Positions 25,792-40,395 of a DNA stretch of 64,000 nucleotides are shown here, piece by piece. The notes under the pieces were generated by a model that saw nothing but the letters and a program-made list of their open reading frames with translations, was not told the origin of the DNA and did not search any database. The DNA is from Octopus sinensis (Eukaryota): the NCBI RefSeq assembly GCF_006345805.1, contig NC_042999.1, positions 90,892,001-90,956,000 on the forward strand. Direction: 5' to 3'. The position numbers were made by a program, and so were the translations under genes. Position 1 is the first letter of the stretch. The number at the start of each line of letters is the position of its first letter.

Positions 25792-27114
25792 CATACACAT
25801 ACATACACACACACACACACATAATCGTTGTGTTATTCTACGATTTAAACACATTGAAACAGTAAACGTACTTAAAGAACATTCATTTGTATATATAACA
25901 GAACGTGACAGAGAACAAAAATAGGAAATGGCAAAGCGACTCAGATGAGTCAAAGTTGTGCCTGTGGAAGAAATAATAACACTAGTCACAGAGATTGTAA
26001 TAGACCTTTCGTTGGGTTAATGTAATGAAATCGCTGCTGTGTCAATAGATCAAATGACGTGGACTAGAATTTATAACTTCCATTGACTCTCATGAAATAT
26101 TACTTGATTAACATGGTAAAACTTTCAATAAATTGCAGAATAGTCGATGAGATTTAAAAATATAAAGTAAAGTGGTTTCTCGTAATGTGTGACTTGTAAA
26201 CATACAGTGCCGTACAAATGCACTCAGTGGACACGTATAGCTAGCTACATTCTCATTTACACACTTATACTCACACATAAAACAGATTCACGTGACAAAT
26301 TGCTGCAAACATGAAATAAATATAAAGCAATTTACTGATTTTCGAACACATTTTCTCGTAAACTTTTCTTCCTTAGGCAAGCAGAAGTTGTTAGGTAGTT
26401 TAATATATGAAATATAATCACTATATTATTGACTATTATAACACTTTCAGTCACTAAATTATCACTGCATGTTTAATTTTTATACAGACATATCTTCGCC
26501 AATTTTTCAGATTTTAAGTTATCAAAGAAACCAACAAATTAAGGTAAGCTGGTAAATAGTCACAAAAGTCCCTACATATGTTAGGTAATGAGAAATGGTA
26601 GATAAAACCCATAAATACGAAGGTTGGGAAAATCAAAAGATTAACTTTCTCAATCTAAATTGTCTTTTTGTTGGAAGAAAAGGAGAAAAATGTGTAGTGC
26701 AAAATAGTAAACACAGACAATGCAAATTAAAGAAATCGAGTGAATTACGCGAGGCTATCGCTGTTTAGCTTATAACAGTGATACACATTGTGGAATAGCT
26801 GTGTGAAGAGGAATAATTTGAAATTTATATCTTCGTTATTGGTCTACAATTATCAAGATGCAAACCGATAATAAATGATATTAGCTTGTTAATGAATGGT
26901 CGTATTTAAATCAAAGTAGCTACACTAACATGCTATTAATTTACTATTTGCAGATTCTAGATAAGACCTGTTAAGTGGATTAGTGTTTACAGTAGAATAT
27001 AATTTATATTCCGGCAACTCGGTTCCATAATCAAGATTCAGCTTTCGGTGGACATTATTTAAATTGTTTAAAATATGTTACGAGGCTAATATATCATCAT
27101 TCTCATATATATCT

Positions 27115-27250
27115 TTTCTACTCAAGGCACAAAGACCGATATTTTTTGGGGAGGGGGCAGTCGACTAGATCGACCTCAATAAGCAACTGGTACTTAATTT
27201 ATCGACCCCGAAAGGATGAAAGGCAAAGTCAACCTCGGCGGAATTTGAAC
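27115..27250 (-). mobile_element. tRNA-derived SINE fragment
   Basis: ATCGACCCCGAAAGGATGAAAGGCAAAGTCAACCTCGGCGGAATTTGAACTC, same core as 3441-3590. Confidence 0.8.
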
Positions 27251-28699
27251 TCATTATTCTCATATATATCACACATACAAAGTATGCAAATTTATTTGCA
27301 GTTCCTATTCTTGGTACCCCTTGTATTACAGCGTCAGAAAAGTATATTTAGAAATAAATTTAGATGTCACAGAGCCAATAAGGATCAAAAGCCACACACA
27401 AGCTTCACACACACACACACACTACCAGCTGAAGCGACTTGCAGCCTTACACTTAATTTCACGTTCAAGAATATTATTTAAGCCAAACTAGTACTAATCT
27501 CCATATAGTTTACTGAAATTGCATAAAACTAAAAATTTTCACTTTAATTCCGTTTTATCTAAGCACGTAGTTTGCAAATGTAGGACGGAAGCTGCAAGCT
27601 CATCAAAGTATATATAACTCCTCCGAAAAGTGATTTTAAGTAGCATGTTCTCTAATTCTAAATTTTATTTCTGGAGCGATACCAAATGGCTTCGAATTTA
27701 CATTTGCGTATTGGAAAATATAAACATACCATAGAATTCTCTAGGCAAATATATTTTGTGGAGACGAAAAGAAACGTATTATAGAAAATAGCACCTTACA
27801 AATAATTTACTTTTCGACAGACATTCGGAAGAATGCTTTCTCACTTCGACATTTTTATGTGATACAAATCCTTTCTTCTCTTCTACCCGAAAGATGAAGC
27901 AGATTCTCATATTTTGTTTTAAGTATGTTGGCACCATATGTTGAATTCCCAGGCATCTGTGTTCTACTCTTTAATGTAAAAAGTTAACCTTAATGATACT
28001 TTGATTTATCCCCGATTAACTTCTCCCACTTTCAGCATTCATTATATACTCTACTGCCTTTATCAACACATCTTTTCGTAATATGCCTGATGAGAAATTA
28101 TATATAGATGTACATATGTTATATTTGGCATTTGTTCAATGAATGCTAACATAATTAAGATTGATATTCAGTCTGATACTTATTCCTTGGAGACGTTTGA
28201 TAAAACCTGACCTATGTATACAAACCATCAGTATATTCGCTAATGTCTATTTACGTTCCAATTTGCGATAAATGGAGTAGGGGTTTGAAAATATAGTTGT
28301 TTGAAACAAGCCTTTTTGATGTTTGCTTTGTATTTGAAGTTGTATATACATTTTTGAGAAGCATTGCTATAAGCTACAAAGAACTACCTATTAGATTATT
28401 AGTCTTTGCAGATAGTGTTGAGAATATATGAGGATATGTTATGAATGTCTATGTTTTATATAGTTATGTATTTGTATCAATATGTGTATAAGTATGTACA
28501 TATGTATTTATGTATGTTTATGTTTGTATGTTTGTGAGTGTTTGTGTGGGGTGTGTGTACGTATGTGTGCGTGTTGGTGAGCGTGTATGTATGCGTGCAT
28601 GTGCGTGTGCGAAGTTACGCTAAAAGAAATGTAAATGCGAGCATAACATATTTATTAACTGAGAGAGGTCTTTTAAATCGCACATAATGGCCGACTAGC

Positions 28700-29600
28700 T
28701 CAGCCACTCTGTAAATGTACTCCTGAACTTCATCTCAAGCGATGCTTTTCCACCATCTCTGGACCCAATTCTCGAATCATCTTTCAGAAATTCAGATGCG
28801 TTTTTGGACGCACAAGTTTACACATACACCACATCTCTCCCATCAAATCAGACCTCTAAATCTATTACGCCGATGTGGATTGTTTCAAGATTCTTATTAA
28901 GGTTCGTCCCCACCCTCAATGATTTTTCCAAGCATTTACGGTGTCTCAAATGTCCTTTCGCTGCTCATGGAACAAATACATTCCAGAAAATCAGAGAGAA
29001 CGACGTTCTTGTCATCCCCCAAACCAATCACCACCTCTGTGCATTCGCTACAGCTAGAAATATTAGGCATTGGAGAAATTTTGTAGAAATCTTTAGGCAT
29101 TGGAGAAATGGTGTGACACTATTTTAAGGACTGATCCTTTTTTTCCGGATCCAAAAAATACGCCCACATTTCAATTTTACCAAAAGATCAGGAAACCAAA
29201 CATGACTTCATTGGATTCAAAAGCCTAGAGCAAATACAGAAAACCTCTCTTCAGTAAATATCTCTTCTTACAGTAAATTTCTCCTCTTCTTTGTTGCAAA
29301 TTTGGTGTCGAGTGCAGAGATGCTATTTTAAATATATTTTCCGACACTCAAAATCTTCCTCCGGCTTCCTCGTGATGACATCCAAGTTTTTCCAGAAGAT
29401 TGTATGAGATCATTCATTTGCTAGCAAGTCGTGCCAGTGGTTGCAGGTAATGCCCACCACACCTATTACGCAGTTTCAAAACTGGTTTCCCTTATTTTAA
29501 ACGCTTCATCTATTTCTGTGCACTGTTTTTATCAGTGGTATAATCTTCGTAAACAACCTGCTGTTGCCTGCTATCGATGTCAACACAGTTTGCTCCCTTC
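28700..29600 (+). mobile_element. Highly decayed Penelope-like RT-thumb/linker remnant
   Basis: Translated pieces AFLDAQV, TSLPSNQTSKSI, TLNDFSKHLRCLKCPFAAHG and KQPAVA echo PLE FLD, SSHP..TK.SI, F.KHL..LK..F..RG and PVA.HF motifs. Confidence 0.42.
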
Positions 29601-30849
29601 CTTTGGCATTCTCTCTTCCACATTCTTCTGCTTAACCCCACTCCTTTCTTTTTCTGTTTCTCTGTTTTATTGTGACTCAATTAAAAATTAAATTACTTGT
29701 AACATAGAAAATAAGAAGTGTTATTCTAGAGAAAGAGTTACTCTATCAACATATGCAAATTTAACAATGTATTTTGGGTAATGCGTTTACATTCTCTCCT
29801 TAGACTCAACCCTGGTATGTGCGTACATGTGTGTACATACATGCACATATACATGCAAATACGTATATATATATATAGATACATACATATATGCATACTT
29901 ACGTACACACATTATGTACGTGTAAAGATGTTATGGCGTAAGCATTATGCTTGCAACAAGAAAAGCCGTTTACTGAACGAGTGTCATTACATAAGTTGCA
30001 AGCCGAATTTCAGCCCTCTAGCGGAAACATAATTGAGAGTAACGATGAGTGAAGTTTCAACTTACAGTATAAATGCATGTATATATGCATATATGTAGAT
30101 AAATCTGAATATAAATATATGTGTGTGTGTGCGTGCGTGCGCGCTCATATACATATATAGGTGTGTGTGTACACACACATACACATATATAAACAAAAAG
30201 GATCTCATTATAATTCTGCTTGTCATTGAGTTACTTAGCCCGTAGGTAACGTTTTCACGTGATTAGAGAAAAAGACTGAGGAAGAAAGAAAAGAGTGAAA
30301 GATAAAGAGGGAAAAGAAAAGCGTCCATAACGTGAGGGAGGGGGAACGTAATATTTATTATGTGGTTTAAAATGTTAGGTGAAGGTAGAAGAGGAGTTAG
30401 AAATATAATTTTAGCAGAGGGATGATGTTCTGATGATGAGATTAAGGAAAGACAGAAAGAGAGAAGAGAGAAAGAGAGGAGGGGGAGAGAGGAGAGAGAG
30501 AGAGTTGATGATAGTGGTTTTCGCGGTCGTGGGGATGGCGGGGGTGCTGGTGGTAGGGATTCGGTAGTGAAAAGTATATTTATATTTTTAAAATTGATTT
30601 GAGATTATTATATCACCTATCAATTAAATCATGCGCATAAGTGCAATTCCGTGATATGTGTAATTTATCTAAAGGTTGTATCATATGTACGAGATATTTT
30701 TATGGGAAAAATGGAAAAATAAAACTGAATATTTATTTTATGAGTGCTGTGTATTAAGTCTATAAAATTATGCATAAAATATAAAATGTATATGTAAGGT
30801 GCATTAGGTAATCATCGTATTTTAATTTCTTTCAATTTTCAAGGATTAG

Positions 30850-31620
30850 CAGATAAGCGACTATCTTTCCATACAGTCACAACACAGGCTTCGCATTTAG
30901 GTTTTAAGAATAAAGTTTTCAGAAGTAACACAATAAGTTTACCATTAATTCCGTGAAATATTTACGGGTCCCGCTAGTAAAACTTATTTATTTAGCGCTT
31001 TCATTTCTACTGAAAGATTCCTCATGAATGATATATTTGTAAAAGTATCGGCAGGTTTGTTTTTATGGTATGGAATATGTTGGTCACTTCTGGATTATGT
31101 GTATTGATAAATGGAATAGTATTTTCAATGATATTTTTCTTAGGTATCCCCAGTTGTATGATGCTCAGTTTCATTGCTCTTCTAATTCCATTATTTTTTA
31201 AATTTTAAGTGATAATTCTACTTTTTTTCGGAAGCCTTTGAGTTCATCGAGCTAATTTGTAATGTATTTTTGGTGTTAGCTACTATCGCCCAAACATGTC
31301 TTGCATTGCTGTATGGAATATTCCATTTGATGTGTGAAGAATGGCAAGAATAGAAGTTAAAATATTGGTGTGTGTCAGCTTTTGTGTTACTGTGGAGTCA
31401 CATATTTTTACGCGATTGTATAAGAGCAGTAAGTCATAATGACTGGTTTCTGCCGCAAATATAATAAGATGAAGGGAGTTTGGAATGATATTGAGTATTT
31501 GCACACCATCATTCGCTTTCTCCCTAAAAACAAGCAGTTATCGAGGAAGCTGTTACACTTTTCAGTGATACATGTCTTGAAACTTTGGTCAAAAGTTTTA
31601 TCTACTTTCTCGCAAAGTTA
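30850..31620 (-). mobile_element. Penelope-like RT remnant
   Basis: Minus-strand FLDNCLFL (YLDD-like), THQYFNFYSCHSSHIKWNIPYSNAR and TIPFINTHNPEVTNIFHTIKQ, with frameshifts. Confidence 0.75.
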
Positions 31621-33118
31621 TTCTTCTAAATAATACATCACAAATTAGCATATGAAGCAGAAAATATCTTACCCATAGCTGTGGATTTTATTAGTCAATA
31701 TGTTTCACAGTCAAAGTAAAAGTGTTCTCCTCTAATATATATATATATGTATGTATGTAACTCTCTCTCCACACACACACGCACACAACTATATTTACAT
31801 TAAGCATAAGAAATACAAACTACTAAGAAGGAATAAGTTTCAGGAAGCTCGGAGTTACGTTAATCGTATGCGTGTAATTATGTATATATGTATAGTTTTG
31901 TAGACACTGATATGTACATAAAACTTATATATGTGTGTGTTTTATGTACATATATTATATTTACCTGTAACTCATTCCCAAATAAACAGTCTAATTGTAA
32001 ATCATCTTCCAGATATGACCACTTAATCTTTTTGTATATTTTGACCTTAATTGTCAAATGTCACCTTCATTTGCGTAAGCTGGTTGGTGGGATTTGGTAG
32101 AACTTTGCTGCTCTTTGTAGCAGGTCAAGCAGGATGAAGGCTCCCTTTTTGATTCGTGTACAAATACGCTTAATATACCGATAAATAGATAGACAGGTAG
32201 ATAGAGAGATAAATAGATAAGCAGATAAAAGTAGAGTAATTTGATTTAGTATATCTTTTGACATAGTAAATGTATTTCATACTGACCATTTTAAGAGTGT
32301 GGTCTTGTTTAATATCAAATCAAAGAGGCTGATTTTATGTATCTGTTTGAGTATTTGAAGATCGCATTAAATTCAACGTGCTTAAATCTTAAGTCCAGGT
32401 ATAGTAACATTAAAGTTTGATCGGATACACCGTCAACGCATATTCGCATGAAGAGGAGATATATTTATATCTATGAGTGTTTGATTTGATGAAATTTTAA
32501 GTTCAGTGAACAGATGTAATAATTCAGTTGGAATGTCTTGATAACAGATGAATAAATACCATTATGTTAAAAGCAAATCTACGAAGGCAGCCGTCACGTT
32601 GAAAGCATAGTGAAAACATTCTCGTTAATTTCAAACTGAAAATTATATAAAGTGTCATTGAAGCGAGACATTCAATTTCTAAGTTCAACAAAAGCGTCTT
32701 ATTTCATATATAACAAGAAAAGTGCTATACAGGATTATGGCTATATTGTTAAGACATTTGCTTTGCAGTCATAATGTTCTGGGTTCGATCCTATCACTTT
32801 TATTATAGACATGAATCAACCGAAATTTTCTGAGTCAAAATCTATTAGACCTTCTGTCGCTGCCCCGTCTCTCCTTATGTATAAATAAATATCTCTGCGT
32901 GTATCTGCATTAATGTTATCACCGGTCTAAGTTCGATATCGTTCGTGCTACGCTTTTTTATACCTCGTAATTTAGGTTTGAGATAAAAAGAAATGGATAA
33001 CATCAGAGACGAATTGACATAAACGCTGGAGATAATATGAACAGCTAAACCTTGAAGTATAGTTGCAGTCAAAGGGGTGAAACTAATAAAACTAAAAAAG
33101 AGGACACATGCACACACG

Positions 33119-33174
<56 letters not shown>

Positions 33175-33244
33175 ACGTGTATATAAATAAATAAATAAAT
33201 ACATATATATATATATATACCTATGCGTATATATATAAATGTAT

Positions 33245-33298
<54 letters not shown>

Positions 33299-33300
<2 letters not shown>

Positions 33301-34676
33301 TGACTCACTTCCTTGAGAGTCATAATATGCTGAACCCCAACCAGCATGGATTCCGTAATGGGAGAGATTGCCTGACGCAGCTACTTCATCATTTTGATGA
33401 CATTCTGAGAGCTTTGGGAGAAGGTTCCAACACTGATGTCATCTACCTTGATTTCAGCAAGGCCTTTGACAGGGTTGATCATAAGATCCTTCTGAGAAAG
33501 CTGTCCAATATTGGTGTCACTGGAAAGCTGCTGCAGTGGATCAAGTGCTTCCTGTCTAACAGAACCCAACATGTTGTAGTCGAAGGAGTCAAATCCAGCC
33601 CAGCCAAAGTCAGCAGTGGTGTCCCACAAGGCACTGTGTTGGGCCCACTTCTCTTCATCATCTACATAAATGATATTACTGACACCATCAAACACAGTAA
33701 CATCAGAACCTTCGCTGATGATTCCAAGCTCCAGAAGGTCATCAATGGCGTGGATGACCGAATAAACCTTTCTGTCAGACCTACTGGCTGTTGTCCAATG
33801 GGCGGAAAAGAATAACATGAAGACAAATTCGAACTGATCCACTTTGGAAGGGAGGACGCTCTGAAACTCCCATACTCTCTTCCTTCTGGAGAAATTCTCA
33901 TGGCATCCAACAACATCAGAGACTTGGAGTAACAGTGGACAACAACATAAGCTGGGCTACACATATAAGCAGCAAAGTTGACATGGCCCGCAGAATGTGT
34001 TCCTGGATTCTCGGAACCTTCCAGTCGAGAGATTCCCACGATATTATCCTTCTCTTCTCCACTTTTGCCCGACCCCACCTTGAATACTGCTGTCCACTGT
34101 GGTCTCCCTACACAAAACAAAATATTATAAGAATTGAAGCTCCCCAAAGGTCAATCACAAAAAAGATAGATGGCATGTCAGACCTTGACTACTGGGGTAG
34201 ACTAGAGAAGCTGAAATTGTATTCACTCCAACGACGCCGTGAACGCTACATTATCTGTATGATGTGGTAAATATTCCATCAGCACTGTCCGAATGATGTT
34301 AGCATCACCTTCAAAATACATCCAAGGCTTGGACCACGTGCCATCCGCCCACAACAAAAATCTAAATCGCATCACATAAAGACAATACGGCACAACTATT
34401 TCACCTCAAATGGACCTGCTCTCTTCAACATTACATCAGGACACGCCAAAAAAGAAACTGACCACACAAAATTCAAGAAGTCTTTGGACAAATTCCTTCA
34501 AACAGTACCGGACAAACCACCCACACCCGGATACGTCTCCGCAAACAATAACTCTCTGCTCGAATGGGCCTTGGTGCCCAAATCCTGAACTGAAAGACTT
34601 TGCCAGGTGGTGCTATTAAGTTAGACATGGCCTGGGCCAATACTGGCCAAAACCTTTCTAAGTTATTCTAAGTTAT
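33299..34676 (+). mobile_element. CR1-clade LINE, 5'-truncated RT pseudogene
   Basis: QHGFR, LDFSKAFDRVDH, GVPQGTVLGPLLF, FADD, RPHLEYCCPLWSP, LYSLQRRRER. The 3' tail is TTCTAAGTTA twice, and (TA)n flanks both ends. Confidence 0.92.
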
Positions 34677-34826
34677 ATATATATGTATGTATATATATAT
34701 ATGTGTGTGTATATATAAATATATATACATATATATATGTATATATATATGTATATATATATATATATATATACATTTATATATATGTGTATGTATATAT
34801 ATATGTGTATATATATATATAAATAT

Positions 34827-34903
<77 letters not shown>

Positions 34904-35879
34904 CCTATGTATATATGCAGTTGAATTAGATACTTAAGTTGAGGCAACAAATCAGTCCGCTATTATCTGAAGTACTCGAAATAAAGTGAATAAAATCAAA
35001 TAAGTAACAGGATGTTTGATATTAATGCAATACGACCGTTTCAAGCGGGTCCATTTAATTGAACAATGCAAGCATTACATCAATTTAAATTGAGTGCCAT
35101 GTTAAGTTTTAAAAAATATGGATTTTTAACAGACAAGACATTAATATAATTTTTCTCAAATATGTTATCAGACAAGTGCATCGTAATACTTCATCTTCAC
35201 AGAACTATTAGGTAGTCCCTTTCATAGTTGTTAAAATTTTCTTGTGTACTTATATTTAAATAAGTCTATATGTTATTGAATCATTTATCTTATTATTCTA
35301 CTTATGATACCTTTCTTTCAACCAATGTATAATATGTATCTCTTTCCTAGATAAGTTCCATAAGTTGTGATCATTGAGTTCTGTCCTAAGTTTCATAGTG
35401 TAACTGAAAATAATGAAAATAGTTCATGTCCATACTACCCTACCCCTTTTTATGGGTATTTGCGACTAACTAATTCATTCCTTCTAGAATTTGTTTCCTT
35501 ATGTGGTAAGGAGTACTTATGGCCATAAGAAATTAAGATTTGGGATACATCTAATAATATTTATTTATGACCAGCAGCAAGTTCTGAACTGTCAAATCAT
35601 AATGGTATTGATTCTCAATAAACGCAGTCTCTTACCTCTTAGATCTTTTGGGGGTGAGAAGAGTGTAGATAAAAAATTAGAAATGAATAACAATCCCATG
35701 ACCCCCACTGTCCTCCATTCCTGCCATTCTAAAATTGTAGTAGTTTTTCTCTAGTAGTTTATTCATGTTGCAATAGAGCTCAAAGGAAATTCTTTCATCC
35801 TATAGCTCCGATAAAATATTTGAGAAAAATGTATACTATACCAAATAAGAGGTCTGTGCTTATAGCACGTCTTAGGTAG

Positions 35880-35971
<92 letters not shown>

Positions 35972-38364
35972 TACATTTTTTCTTTCTCTTGCCTCTCGCT
36001 TCTCTCTATTGGTTTTTCTTCGTTTGGTATATTGAGCTTCAATTTAAACTTTTTGCTTTTGTATGTTTTTGCTTTATATTTCTACTCTTTTCAGAAACAT
36101 GATTTTGTCTGACTCTTCGTAGTATCTTTTGTTAGTTTGCTATTTGCTTCAAAATTTGTCTTATTTGTGCAAATTTTGCATACATACATACTAACATGCA
36201 TGCATGCATACATACATACATCATACACACGTACTGGCATGCACACACAGGCACACACACATGCGTATCAGCATTAATTATTTCAAATTACCGTGCATTG
36301 TCAGTTGAAACGAGTCTAGTATATGACTAGTTCTTATTTAATTTGCTTTTGGCTCGCTGAAAATTCAATGTTTTAGTTTTAACTGATAATGTAAATATGT
36401 CTGTTATATACATTAAAGATTGTTGCATAATTCAGTAAAAACAGTTCGAACGCACTCGTTCCACTGCCAAGAAAATGCAGCGAAATTTTCTTTATATTAT
36501 ATCCAAACTACATTAAAATAGCATGTCAGTTCTGGTTGCCTACTACATAAAAATAAAACCAAAACGATGGTGCGATGATGGTTTAAATGTATTTGATCGT
36601 TGGTCAATGAATAGTTTCAAGTGTGTAATTTTAGGAGAGTTTACTCTATTAGGAGCACATTTACCAACAAATATCAACCTTTAAATGCTTAAGCTTGTCA
36701 CAAGCCGCATCCATTTCATTGCACTCTGAGAAGCTGGAAACACTTTAGAAAGTACTTTACTACTTCATTAGCTTATAAACACTGCAAGATAATTAGTTAT
36801 CTGATTCACAATGTCTACCAGTTCCCCTAATTGGTGACATGAATGGTTTCTATCTTTCGAGTAAGACAACAATTTTAGGTAGCTAGTGCATCCTTCTTAA
36901 TTAACTCCAGAACATAACTGGCGCTTGTTTTATTATTTTCTGAGTACTGAAGGCGAATTTTGAACTCGGAGCCTTAAAAACACTAAGGCAGTGCCAACCT
37001 AAATGCTAATAATTGTCTCTACTATCATCTTAACACCATATTGTCAATTCTAGTTCTAGATACAATTATTGAAGTGTTAATGTCTCTATGGATACACCAT
37101 CACTTTACCAGATGTATCATTTTTAGAAATATTAGTATTTCTTCAAAACGCTAGGTGATAGAAACATAAATCCTAATTTGTTGCCCATTCTGCGACATAA
37201 GTAGGTGATAAAAAAATGATTCATTGACGTTTGTATCACTTTTACAACTTTACACTTATAAATGGTTTAATAATGAAGATGTTATTCTTCTATTTAGAAT
37301 CGGATACTTAATATGAAAAACAATCTTGCGTTCCTTTATGAGTTTACATCTGATAACTTGATATGAATGTTATATTTGTGAGAACATTTACACTTCGTGT
37401 CAGGTTTCGTGCGGCCACGCGTACTTTACGAATAAACTACCGTAAACGTCCCGAAGCTAACAAAACTGTTAAGCCAATATGCTAGTTTAGTCTATTTAGC
37501 AACCGAAGTACTGATCATTTAGTACACATCATAATAGGACTTCTACACAACGAAGAACTATCTCCATTGTATAAATTACTAGCTGTGAAAGATAACACAT
37601 AATTAATTGTACTTTTTAAGATAACCGTGGTAAATTTGAAACCATAAATACCATTAAGTACTAATACTTAGTTAATATTCGATCACACTGAAATATTGAT
37701 TATTTGTTTTTGACTGTAAATAGGTTAGTTTGCAATATGGCAGCGATGGATGAACGAGATTGTAGTGCGTCAAATTAAATCCAGTCTTTCGGTCGTTATT
37801 TTCCAATTCAAATTAAGAAAACTAGACTTCGACTTTCATCTCTTCAGGTTCTATAAATTTAATACCTGTTGTACTTGCTTTATTTTAACCACAGCAGATG
37901 TTGACCTTGTAGCTATGTTACGAAGAGATACAGTCAACTGAAATGGATACAAGGTAATCAATTATTGCTACTTGACGTTTTATAAGTGTTGGACACAAAG
38001 ACGTAGAAAATCACATATTGTTTAATACTATGGCACTACTTTGTTATTTTTAATTCCATGTACTGGCAGTCACAGTAAATGTTACTAAACGGACGAAGTT
38101 ATTACGAAAAAGGGATTATAAAGTGATCAATAAGTCACTTAAAAGACTGGAGAAAAGCGACTGAAAATATAATACATTGTCTTATAAGTGGAGAAATAAA
38201 AATAGAAGGATGAAAATAGCGAGCCCATAATACGAATTCCAGTAGTGCTAACTTTATCTTGTACTAATACGAACTGATTAAAATGTCACATCTGAAATGT
38301 AATAAAATCAACGTATTCGTTATAACTGACTTGAGAATATCGAGTACATACTCTTGAGGGAGTA

Positions 38365-38365
38365 T

Positions 38366-38398
<33 letters not shown>

Positions 38399-38475
38399 GG
38401 AGTATGAGAGGTAGAGAGAGAGGGAGAGAGAGAGAGGGAGAGAGAGAGGGAGAGAGAGGGAGAGAGAGAGAGGGC
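38365..38475. repeat. (GA)n-rich microsatellite
   Basis: Direct reading. Confidence 0.9.
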
Positions 38476-38992
38476 AGATAACTTTTCAATCAAGAATACA
38501 GGCAATGATCATTGTTAGAGTTAGAGGTGGAAATTATATCATTATCTTGTTAAATAAATGTAGGAAAATATCAGTTATATATCAATGCGACATAATTAAT
38601 TGTAACTTCCTTCTCTTTTTCACGTTCTTTTCTCCTTTACTATAACTTTCAAATCGTCTCCCAGTTTGTAACCTATTTCCTCACATTTTTTACTCTACAT
38701 CACTAAATATATATGTCAAGATATCTGTAAAGAGTGACGAACGAGAGTGTGTGAGAGAGAAAAGGAAAAGAAAAAAGAGATAGAAGAGATGAACTATAAT
38801 AGTTGATTTGAAAGTGAAGTTGGTACAAAAGTAAAAATAATTGTCCATGATAAATGCGGGAAATTATATTGATTAAGAATGTAATTTCATATAATTTACA
38901 ATGGGTAGTTTACAAAATTAATATACAATAGCAATGTAAATGAGCTATAAGAGTAAATAGACTCCCCAAATTCTATCCTGCTACAATAATTC

Positions 38993-39394
38993 TCTTTACT
39001 CTTTACTCTTTTACTTGTTTCAGTCATTTGGCTGCGGCCATGCTGGAGCACTGCCTTTTAGTCGAGCAAATCGACCCCGGGACTTATTCTTTGTAAGCCC
39101 AGTACTTATTCTATCGGTCTCTTTTGCTGAACCGCTAAAGTTACGGGGACGTAAACACACCAGCATCGGTTGTCAAGCAATGCTAGGGGGACAAACACAG
39201 ACACACAAACACACACATATATATACACATATATACGACAGGCTTCTTTCTGTTTCCGTCTACCAAATCCACTCACAAGGCATTGGTCGGCCCGGGGCTA
39301 TAGCAGAAGACACTTGCCCAAGATGCCACGCAGTGGGACTAAACCCGGAACCATGTGGTTGGTTAGCAAGTTACTTACCACACAGCCACTCCTG
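38993..39394 (-). mobile_element. Full-length, young tRNA-derived SINE
   Basis: Minus-strand head CAGGAGTGGCTGTGTGGTAAGTAACTTGCT...GGTTCCGGGTTTAGTCCC, an internal (TA/TG)n tract and a short tandem tail based on AGTAAAG. Confidence 0.9.
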
Positions 39395-39569
39395 ATATTT
39401 TCTTCAAAACATTTAGAAGATATCTCAGAAGACAGATGGTATTATCGCAGGTGATCATTTAACAACCAAACACCCGCAGCAGCAGCATCTGTTGATTTGG
39501 TAACGATATATGTCAATGAAGGGAAAACTTTCCTAGACATTATTAAATCCTGTATACTGAAAAATATCC

Positions 39570-40190
39570 TGGGAGTCCGAAATAAATTTGACTATGCTTT
39601 GTGTCTCCTTTCTTGAAGAACAGCTTGATATTTTGGTGAATAGTCAACGGCGTTGGAGAGCATAAAGATTAATGTTGAAAATGAGAAACTTTTAGATGCC
39701 ATGGAGAAATAGAAGCCATCTTCATATCGGAAAAGAGTTATCTGAATCATGATGATTCCTGACGAGTATCAACATGACTGTTGCTCAGCGCTCCATAAAC
39801 ACTATAAATGCTGTAACATGACATGGACATCTGCCATGATGACTACACAGCTGGTACCAGCAGGAAGGAATACAGCAGGTGTTCTGACCACGTCTACTCG
39901 CCGGAACATAACCAGCAACCGCAGGATAAAGTGATCGAAGATTCGAGCAAGGGAATGCGGACTTTGGCGTGAGAGATGAGTGTTGTAGTCACCATCACGA
40001 AACTAGCCATGAATAACGGTATTGGGGCCATGGTGGAAGCTGATGGCAACTAATTTGAGCTAACTGTTATTTTCTAGCTATAATCTAGTGGATATCTTTT
40101 GACTTTGTTAAAATACTGTTATTTTTTGATGGGATATTGCTTTGTTTTCCTTTTATGCAAACCGTCAAATTTAGCTCAAACACACTGTAA
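39570..40190 (+). mobile_element. Internally deleted Tc1/maT-like transposon relic
   Basis: DSSKGMRTLA*EMSV HTH-like segment and C-terminal IGAMVEADGN; weak terminal AAATTTGAC / GTCAAATTT inverted match. Confidence 0.38.
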
Positions 40191-40254
40191 TTCTCCAGCA
40201 GATTATGATATTGAAAGATCTTGTTAGGTTCGTCGAGAACCGTATTAGCATCAA

Positions 40255-40395
40255 ACTTCGCCATTGATTTTTGTGCGTGATATGAAGAGTTACAAACAGT
40301 GATGTCCCGTATGAAGCAGTTCCCTCGAATCCAAGAACAAATGGTAGTTCCATCAAACTTCCCATCGTCTCTGGATAATCCTACTGGTTCTACAG
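40255..40395 (-). pseudogene. Restriction-like endonuclease fragment of an RLE-type (CRE-like) non-LTR element
   Basis: An open frame on the minus strand reads VEPVGLSRDDGKFDGTTICSWIRGNCFIRDITVCN, matching EPxGLxRxDGK(RP)DGxTxxPWxxGxxLxWDxTV. Confidence 0.55.
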
